Below are positions 51,773 through 58,833 of a DNA stretch of 64,000 nucleotides, piece by piece. The position numbers and the translations under genes were made by a program. Below the pieces are notes generated by a model. The model was not told the origin of the DNA. It saw only the letters and a list, made by a program, of their open reading frames with translations, and did no database searches. Source of the stretch: a virus; IMG/VR virus record IMGVR_UViG_3300031087_000014, one strand, 5' to 3'. The stretch's first letter is position 1, and every line of letters begins with the position of its first letter.

Positions 51773-52333
51773 TTATTTGTTACGCATTTCTTTTGCTTTA
51801 CTGCGCATAAAGAAGCAGTCTAGCAGAATCAGCTTGCCGTTGTCTACTGCAACATTTCGCGGTGAAATCTCAAACATTACATCAGATCCGTAATTCGCTA
51901 CATCATCCAGCGCTTCAATCATTGTCGTGCGTAACTCGTCATTTTCAATCGTTGAAAATGCATCGTGTACCGCGTTGTAACTGTCATAAAGGTTGCTAGG
52001 ACACTTTAACACATCCTGAGCCTTTCGCAAAGTTTTATAAATTTCGTATTGATCTGCTTCTAAACTATTTTTCAGGCTTGAAACTTTTGTATACCGTTTC
52101 ATTTTGAAAATAGTCTCGCCGCTTGCTAAGCAATCTATTCTCTCAGTTACTGGAAACAGTGTATCACACAGCCAACCCATTGAGTAGACTTCTTTCAACG
52201 GATCTTCACTTACTAACAGTACTTCACTATCACTCAATTCGAAACACTCAGTGAACAATCCTTTACCCAACTTTTTCAAGCCCTTCACTAACTGGCGCTT
52301 AGTGGTTTTGTCTGTGATTTCGATGATAGTCAT
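51773..52333 (-). CDS. protein-kinase-like early protein
   Basis: LGKGLF glycine loop; EISPRNV...LILLDCF resembles the catalytic and DFG loops. Confidence 0.45.
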   Translation of the reverse strand: MTIIEITDKTTKRQLVKGLKKLGKGLFTECFELSDSEVLLVSEDPLKEVYSMGWLCDTLFPVTERIDCLASGETIFKMKRYTKVSSLKNSLEADQYEIYKTLRKAQDVLKCPSNLYDSYNAVHDAFSTIENDELRTTMIEALDDVANYGSDVMFEISPRNVAVDNGKLILLDCFFMRSKAKEMRNK

Positions 52334-52657
52334 TTTGTTTTTCCTGGTTAGTGTGTGATTGTTTCTCTAAATCAGAGACACTATTCTATAATGTCTCTTG
52401 TTTACAGTCAACAGTTATTTTGAAACTTTTACTACTTTCCAACCTTTGCAGCCTGTAAACACTTCCTTATACTCTCGCTTTGCTTCTTGGGCGTCAGCAT
52501 ATGGTAAACGCCAATCTGGTTTAAAGATAGAACCGTCAGCCTGCGTACATTGGATAGTGTATTTGTTCATTTTCTTCTCTCTATCGGCGGGAGCCATTCC
52601 CGCCCTGTGATAAGTAGTATCGTTTATTTTGAATCTTACGTCAACAACTATTTTTGT

Positions 52658-53005
52658 TTATTCTTCGTTTTCTGCTTCTTCTAATTCGTCTTCCAGATCC
52701 TGCAACTCGTTTTCTAATGTCTCTAACTCTTCCGCTAACTCTTTGTATTCTTCGTTTTCTTCTTTTTCTAAAGAATCTTCATAGTCGCTTTTTCCGACGT
52801 TGTATGCTGTTTCATCAACCATCTTAAGAGCGTAAGCAGGGGAATAAGTGTTGCCGCAGATTTCTACTTCTTCGTAGCAATCATTAAGAAAATCATCATA
52901 CTCGCTTTCGCTTACAGTGATTTCAAAGTTATCCATTTCGGACTGCTTTGCCTTGATTTCAGCAGTTTTAGAAACGATGTTTGCTTTGATGGTTGCGATA
53001 GTCAT
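52658..53005 (-). CDS. highly acidic early protein (candidate DNA mimic)
   Basis: Roughly one third Asp/Glu; own promoter; adjacent to the Ocr homologue. Confidence 0.6.
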   Translation of the reverse strand: MTIATIKANIVSKTAEIKAKQSEMDNFEITVSESEYDDFLNDCYEEVEICGNTYSPAYALKMVDETAYNVGKSDYEDSLEKEENEEYKELAEELETLENELQDLEDELEEAENEE

Positions 53006-53156
53006 AATATTTTCTCTTCTCTGTTAGGGACAACCCTTTGTTGTCCTGATATGAAACATTCTACGCTATTTTGATTTAGAGTCAACAACTATTTTCTAAA
53101 TCTTTTAACTTTCTTTCTCATTGCCCCTTTAATCAAAGAGGCAACACGAAAAATCG

Positions 53157-53498
53157 TTATTCTGTTTCTTCTTCCTCGTCTTCTCCGAAACCTGATTCAC
53201 ACCATACTAAATCATTTGAGTTCTGAATGTCAATGTAAAGTTGTTCGTAGATGCGAGCCTGCAAAATCCGCGTAACATCTTTTGTCTCAGGAATCAAGCC
53301 GCTGTCTTCGAATTCGTGATCAATACCTTCTGATGCCATTACTTGAAAGATTTCACTGTAGTAGTGAGGTACATAGCGATCCGCTACTTCGTGCAATGCA
53401 TCGTGTGAATCGCTCATTTCAGTAAGGTTATCGCACTGGATACGCTCGTTAAAAGCGACGATTGCATTTGCCAGGATTTCAGTGTAAGTAACAGTCAT
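53157..53498 (-). CDS. ocr: Ocr-like DNA-mimic anti-restriction protein (T7 gp0.3 homologue)
   Basis: VPHYYSEIFQVMASEGIDHEFEDSGLIPETKDVTRILQARIYEQL closely matches the T7 Ocr core; acidic tail. Confidence 0.92.
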   Translation of the reverse strand: MTVTYTEILANAIVAFNERIQCDNLTEMSDSHDALHEVADRYVPHYYSEIFQVMASEGIDHEFEDSGLIPETKDVTRILQARIYEQLYIDIQNSNDLVWCESGFGEDEEEETE

Positions 53499-53582
53499 TT
53501 TTTCTTTCCTTCGTTGTCTTGTTAGTGTGAGAGTATTTTAATGTAAGCTATCGCTATTTGCAATAGCCTACTAAAAATATTC

Positions 53583-53753
53583 TTACTTTTTCAGAGAAAG
53601 TTTTTTACCGTGTGAGATGCCAGGGAAAGTCCAGAGACCGTCCGAGCCTTTCACAGGTGCGCGCAATGTCGCTTTACTTCCGGCTGCTTTCGCTTTCTCG
53701 TTTACTGCGTTGCGGTTAGCGCGGGCTGCTTCACGGGTGATGAAAGTTTTCAT
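53583..53753 (-). CDS. 56-aa basic early protein (not in ORF track)
   Basis: MKTFITREAARANRN...KKLSLKK, own promoter. Confidence 0.55.
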   Translation of the reverse strand: MKTFITREAARANRNAVNEKAKAAGSKATLRAPVKGSDGLWTFPGISHGKKLSLKK

Positions 53754-53851
53754 ATTTGTCTTCTCTTTTGTTTGAGCGGGAAACCATTTCCCCGCTTGAT
53801 GTAAGTATTATCGTTTATTCAGTTATTGCTGTCAAACTTTATTTTGAATCT

Positions 53852-55546
53852 TTACAGTAAAAATAAAACTTCTTTCGCGGTTAACTCTGAATCAATAATC
53901 ATCGGGCTTTTGTAGTCAACAAAGCGAGATGTTTTTTCGATTGCAAAGCCCATATAATCCGCGCCAGCCTCTTTTTTGAAAGTCTCCCGCGCTACTTCGA
54001 TTGCAGCCGCCAGGCTTAAACGCCCATCGATACTAATGTTTGCAAAGCTTCCAGATCCGGCGATCACTTTATCACCCATTGCAGAAGATTTAAACATTGT
54101 TGCGCTGAAAGAAGCCATTTTATTTTCCTTGGTTGATTGTTTTCTCTTACCTAGTGAGGCTATTCTAAAGCCCCACTAAATCAAAGTCAAACTGTTTTTA
54201 AACCCCACTGACGAAAACCACAATCTTTATTACGTTTCAATTCTGCTTTCAGTCGCTTGCAACGTTGCTTTATTGCGTAAAGATCTGGAGTGCAAACCGT
54301 AGCGCCTGACTTAAAGTGAATTTTCATAACATATTGTTTCATTGCTTTGTTTCCGTTGTTGTCTCAGTGATTGATATACTACGCTTTGCTTTCGGATAAT
54401 GCAACTCTTTTAGAAAAATACTTTTGCAAGCACTGGAATCCAAACCAGTAAGGAAAATAAACCAGCAATGACCCAGCCTTCTTTACGTACACCACGATTG
54501 GCGCGATCATCTGCATCGTTCTGCATAGTGATGAAATCCGCTTGTTTAAAGTTGGTTGGCTTGTTCATATTCATTTTCCTTAGTTGTTTAGGTTGTTGTT
54601 ACTGTGAAGCTATCTTATCACACTGAATCTTTATTTCAACTACTATTTTAAATCTTTTCAACTTATCCAGACTTCGTATGCTCTGGCGCTACTGCCCTTT
54701 CGGGTGGCTCCCTGCCTCGTTGATGTGATAATAGTAAGGGATCTCGTTTTTTAAGTCAATCCCAAAAACGTTTATTTAATGCATTTTTTAACTCTTCTTC
54801 TGTAAAGGCTTCGCTATGTGCTGCATCAGCAAAGATCTCCGGCGCTTCCTCTTCTTCCTGCTCTTCCTCGTCTAGCTCTGCTAGTTTGTGGATCTTCTCT
54901 TCTGCCTTCTTTAGTTTGTTGTCTAGCACTCGCATAGCTAGATCATAGGTTCCTTTTGTAATCTTTCCGGCTTCAAGATCAGCAAGCATTGCCGCCGCTC
55001 TTCCTTCGTACTCTTCCAGAATCTTAAACGCTGGATCTATTGCGTAAAGAGGATTAACGCGGCGCGGCGCTCTCTCTGGTTCGGCGGCTCCTGCAATGTC
55101 TGCCGTTCCGTCAGGATTCCAGCCTGGGATCGTTCTCGTTCTTACGTTACCGTTTGAACGTGCTAAGCGGTTGCCTACCTGCTCCCCGCTATACCCTACG
55201 GAATGATCTAGCAGTTCCTCAGGAATAACCCGCCAATCATCAGGATCGTGCTTTACCCACGATTGGATCACATACTCACGCCCCATTAAAACATCCTCCG
55301 CGATTTCTTAACTTGTTTAATTGCATTATATAGGATCTCTGCATCCTTTGAATAGTATCCGTCCAAGGTGTACCCGTTATCAAACCGGATAAGCAGAACT
55401 TTAACAAATGTGGAAACGCAAGTTATATGCATCCTGTTTTGTGCTTCTGTTACACTGTCGGGATTCTTAACCACTGTTGCTAACAGTCTTTGCGCCTTCT
55501 CTGTGTTGAACACATATAAAACGCCGCCTGTTTTGAATGGAAACAT
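53852..55546 (-). CDS. early hypothetical genes (53852-54118, ~54187-54342, 54410-54574 membrane peptide, 54756-55286, 55286-55546)
   Basis: ORFs with SDs and individual promoters. Confidence 0.55.
54655..54727 (-). ncRNA. candidate small structured RNA
   Basis: Promoter TTGACT-17-TACTAT followed by a GC-rich, ATG-less tract with CCC-GAAA-GGG and CCAGA...TCTGG stems. Confidence 0.35.
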
Positions 55547-55687
55547 TTTTGCCCTCTCTTGTTGTTTAGGCTTCGTATTCTACAGATAAAACAATTTAAA
55601 TCAAGTGTTGTTTTTACTTTTGTTTAGTGTATTATAGCCACACTAAACACGGATAGCCGCAAGGCATACAACTTAACAAGGCGACAT

Positions 55688-55915
55688 ATGAAACAGTTTA
55701 CAATGGTTATTGCTAAAAGTGGTTTTCAGATTAAATCATTAAATGGTCGGGGCCGTCCTGTAAACGTGAAGCCTGGCGATCTGTTCCTAGTTACTTCTCC
55801 AGCCCATAACAACAAAGATCAAGTTATGGTAGACCGTAAAGCCAGGGCTATGATCAATTCTGGTTATTGCCTCAGTCGAGCAGACCTAGAAACTTTCTTT
55901 GATATTGTGGAATAA
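55688..55915 (+). CDS. hypothetical early protein (divergent)
   Basis: AAGG SD; transcription diverges at about 55.6 kb. Confidence 0.6.
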   Translation: MKQFTMVIAKSGFQIKSLNGRGRPVNVKPGDLFLVTSPAHNNKDQVMVDRKARAMINSGYCLSRADLETFFDIVE

Positions 55916-55920
55916 AACTA

Positions 55921-55949
55921 TTGATTGCCCGATTCAATTCGGGCATAAT
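55921..55949 (+). promoter_or_regulatory. sigma70 promoter with hairpin spacer
   Basis: TTGATT-gcccgattcaattcggg-CATAAT. Confidence 0.6.
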
Positions 55950-55978
55950 GCTTTCACTCCAACAAATGAGGCAAGAAA

Positions 55979-56155
55979 ATGATCACAACATCTGATACAA
56001 TCGTTACAATGTTCACTTGGGAAACGAGTGCTTTACATTGCGGATCTCGCCAGGTGCCATTGCCTCACGCTATGAAAATGCTAAACGGTGGATTTTATCG
56101 GGTTAAGCTGGTGGCGGAAAACGGGGAAGTAATTGCAGATACTTTGAAATATTAA
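55979..56155 (+). CDS. 58-aa hypothetical protein (not in ORF track)
   Basis: GAGG SD; MITTSDTIVTMFTWETS...TLKY. Confidence 0.55.
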   Translation: MITTSDTIVTMFTWETSALHCGSRQVPLPHAMKMLNGGFYRVKLVAENGEVIADTLKY

Positions 56156-56184
56156 TTGACGCCAGGCGCAAGCCTGGTTACAAT
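56156..56184 (+). promoter_or_regulatory. sigma70 promoter with hairpin spacer
   Basis: TTGACG-ccaggc GCAA gcctgg t-TACAAT. Confidence 0.7.
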
Positions 56185-56189
56185 GTTTG

Positions 56190-56280
56190 TGAAGTAAGGC
56201 AACGCCAACCAACGGCGCTAAACTTGGCTAGCAGGCCCGAAGGGGCTGCAAGGTGGATCGCCGGCAGGCTGTCTAAAATA
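56190..56280 (+). ncRNA. candidate small structured RNA
   Basis: Directly follows the promoter; no SD-led ORF; possible pseudoknot plus GCCC-GAAG-GGGC hairpin. Confidence 0.4.
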
Positions 56281-56534
56281 AGTTTTGTAAAGATTGAAAT
56301 AAAGCTTGATCCATTCCCTCACTGTGGTATTATATCCACAGAGTAAGACGCTACTTAAGTGAAGAGAGACCCGCCCCTGCGCGTCATTTAGGTAATTACT
56401 TACCGTGACTAATCATTTTCCAATAGTAACGCAATGTGACTATCACGCCTGAAATGATAACGTGCGGTATCATTAGGCTGCGAACTATCACCCCCGAAAC
56501 TATGATCAGGCGCATAATCAACCCCGAAAATGCG

Positions 56535-56785
56535 ATTTTTTAATATAAATTTAGGATTACGAATTCTGTTTTTCAAAAAGTCAAAAAAATCCTACGACCC
56601 TGGACCGATTTTTGGAAAATATTTTTTCAAGGTTTTTAAAAATAATTATACTTTGTTGTCTGACTTTAGCCGGAAGCATTTTTAATATAAATTCAGGTTT
56701 ACAAATATTGATTTCTGAAAACTCGAAAAAATCCTACGACCTTTTATCAATTTTAAGTAAAGTGCTTTCCAAGTTTTTGTAAAAC
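56535..56785. repeat. two degenerate tandem repeats, 142-bp period
   Basis: TTTTTAATATAAATT at 56537 and 56679; AAAAAATCCTACGACC at 56584 and 56726. Confidence 0.8.
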
Positions 56786-56797
56786 TCTCTCAGACAC

Positions 56798-56862
56798 GTT
56801 CTAAGAGGTTTTTATAAATACTTGAATGTTGGGTTAGGTTTACTGAGAAAGCTTCTGAGGAT
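56798..56862. repeat. ~65-bp dispersed element, copy D
   Basis: GTTCTAAGAGGTTTTT...AAAGCTTCTGAGGAT. Confidence 0.5.
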
Positions 56863-56962
56863 GCAGCGGTAGAATCAGGAGAGGTGTTAGCTCTCCGTTT
56901 TCCAGGGATCGGCACGTCACTTCAAAACCCTAATTCTTTTCAAATATCGCGCCTAATATCTA

Positions 56963-57593
56963 TCATTCGATATTGAAGACAACCTTACAATCGTCTGACT
57001 CCTCCAGAGAGAAGCTATCTAGCTTCAATGTTCCGGTAGGTTTTGACGCAGATAGGGCCGCAAACAAAAGCTTCAATGAATCGCAGTTGTTACCTGAGTA
57101 TCCTAGCTCAAAAGGAATACTTCTACCTAAGTTCTGAACCAATAAAGCACTACTGTTCTCTGATATATTAACTGCAAACTTAACTACACCAGCTTGGTAC
57201 TCTATATTACTAGCAGGGATAGGTACACCATCCACCAGTAAGGTAGTCTGCATATGGTTGTAATGTCTACTCATAATCGCTTATCTCCTCGTATGGAATC
57301 ACTTTATCAATATTTGAACGTATGTGGGATAGGACTTCTGACTTTCCTATACCAGTAATGCCGTCTGTAATGGCACTACATTCTAAATAGAATAGTGTAT
57401 GGTTATGTATGCTACCATCAGAACACAGCATTTCTTGAGATACTTCTAAAAATACATCGTCCCGCTCTGCTAAGTAGTATCGCTCTGCCCACATACCACT
57501 CACTACATTGTAGTCCCAGCTAATTTTACCGGACTGTAGGGCTTCTTCCAAGGACACTTTAATGTATTTAGTTACTGCTATCTCTACTTCCAT
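56963..57593 (-). CDS. two hypothetical proteins (56963-57274, 57267-57593)
   Basis: GGAG SDs, overlapping ends. Confidence 0.55.
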
Positions 57594-57606
57594 CTTTCCT
57601 CCAAAC

Positions 57607-57628
57607 AAAAAGAGGGCCGAAGCCCTCT
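57607..57628 (-). terminator. intrinsic terminator
   Basis: AGAGGGC-TTCG-GCCCTCT plus TTTT on the minus strand. Confidence 0.75.
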
Positions 57629-57631
57629 CTA

Positions 57632-58762
57632 TTAGAAAATACGACTGAATCCACCAATTGCCGTGATTGGCTGCTCCAGTACGATACGCAGTGCAGCACC
57701 GGAGTTATCTTCGAACACCAACTTACCGCCGTCAGTAATAGCCATAGCCATTGTGTTAGCGCTAAAGGTGATTTCTGAGGTATCGTCCTCGTCTTCGCCT
57801 ACTTTGATCAGAGGGACTTGGCGCAGAAGTTCTTTCTGATTGCTTTTCTCTTTCAGATAGGCAGTAAGCTGAATGTTGTTATCCAGGAACTTAATCAGGT
57901 CAAAGCCGTAGATACCGGAAACGTGGCCCGTCTGAATAACTTCTCCGTTGATGGTCATCTCTGACAGCTTCCATTCACCTTTGCCAGCACCGAAGGTGAT
58001 ACCCATCATATCCAGTGCATCCTTGAAATGCATATCAGGATAGGCGTTAAGCTCTTCCACTAAGCCCTGAATAACATCAAACGACAGTTCAAAGCTTACT
58101 TCGTGCAGGCGTTTGAAGCCAGATACGTGCTCTTTGTTGTCCAGACGATGATCCAGATAGTCTTGCATCGTCGCATCACTGATTTTATCGTAGTCAAAGC
58201 TGTAGAAAATACGGCTCGGACGGTTTTTGAAGAACTCAGACAGGAATCCGTTGTTCTTTGTCAGCGTAAACATCTTATTACCAGTGCCTGTACCATCCAG
58301 AACAGTCAGAAGAGCCTCTTGTTTCTTCTTCTCGTCGTAGAGTTTGTCAAATTCATCGATAATAACCATAGCTTTCTCTTGAATCTTAGACATAAACTCG
58401 ACAAAACCTGCATCGGTGTAGGCTTCGGAGATCAGAATAGTACTGATACCCAGGGTAGCCAGCTTCTTAGCAATGACTTTTGCCAGCATTGTCTTACCAC
58501 TACCTTTTGTACCAGACAGGAGTACACCAGTATTGTCACCCTTCTCTGCACGGCGAAGGTAAGTTTTGATTACGTGGTCAGCACGAGTCTCAGTTTCACC
58601 GTAAAGTACCGAAGGAGTGTCCATTTCAGGGGCAGCCGCCAAGTGATAACCAATGTTATCGTTATAGGACAGTGCATATGTGCCTACTGGCAGACTATCC
58701 ATAGGGATGCCCATACGCTTGTTAATAGTAATCAGTTCACCGTAAAGGGTATAAGTAGACAT
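57632..58762 (-). CDS. AAA+ ATPase
   Basis: GTKGSGKT Walker A, IIDEFDK Walker B, LLTVLDG, NRPSR arginine finger. Confidence 0.9.
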   Translation of the reverse strand: MSTYTLYGELITINKRMGIPMDSLPVGTYALSYNDNIGYHLAAAPEMDTPSVLYGETETRADHVIKTYLRRAEKGDNTGVLLSGTKGSGKTMLAKVIAKKLATLGISTILISEAYTDAGFVEFMSKIQEKAMVIIDEFDKLYDEKKKQEALLTVLDGTGTGNKMFTLTKNNGFLSEFFKNRPSRIFYSFDYDKISDATMQDYLDHRLDNKEHVSGFKRLHEVSFELSFDVIQGLVEELNAYPDMHFKDALDMMGITFGAGKGEWKLSEMTINGEVIQTGHVSGIYGFDLIKFLDNNIQLTAYLKEKSNQKELLRQVPLIKVGEDEDDTSEITFSANTMAMAITDGGKLVFEDNSGAALRIVLEQPITAIGGFSRIF

Positions 58763-58833
58763 TATTCATTCTCCTCTTTTGGGGCATCAGAAGCCTTATC
58801 TTTCACTTGATCTGTAGTTGCCATACTTCCTCC

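Larger units (their letters stand above)
52383..54750 (-). promoter_or_regulatory. array of near-consensus sigma70 early promoters, about one per gene
   Basis: TTGACT-17-TAGAAT (52383-52411), TTGACG-17-GATACT (~52.63 kb), TTGACT-16-TAGAAT (~53.07 kb), TTGCAA-17-TAAAAT (~53.55 kb), TTGACA-17-GATAAT (~53.82 kb), TTGACT-17-TAGAAT (~54.18 kb), TTGCAT-17-TAGTAT (~54.39 kb), TTGAAA-16-TAAGAT (~54.62 kb), TTGACT-17-TACTAT (~54.74 kb). Confidence 0.75.

Noticed and set aside
43687-56300. T5-like depletion of restriction sites in the early island
   Set aside because: GAATTC occurs here (~44275, ~44639, ~49798). An apparent excess of GATC and CCWGG could not be quantified by eye.
56400-56790. CRISPR array
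   Set aside because: Only two degenerate long repeats and short motifs; no constant repeat with unique spacers.
58103-58810. 235-aa plus-strand ORF
   Set aside because: It is the antisense shadow of the AAA ATPase, with no SD or motifs. The same applies to most opposite-strand ORFs in the track (e.g. 1653-2072, 1793-2242, 12010-12447, 17985-18458).
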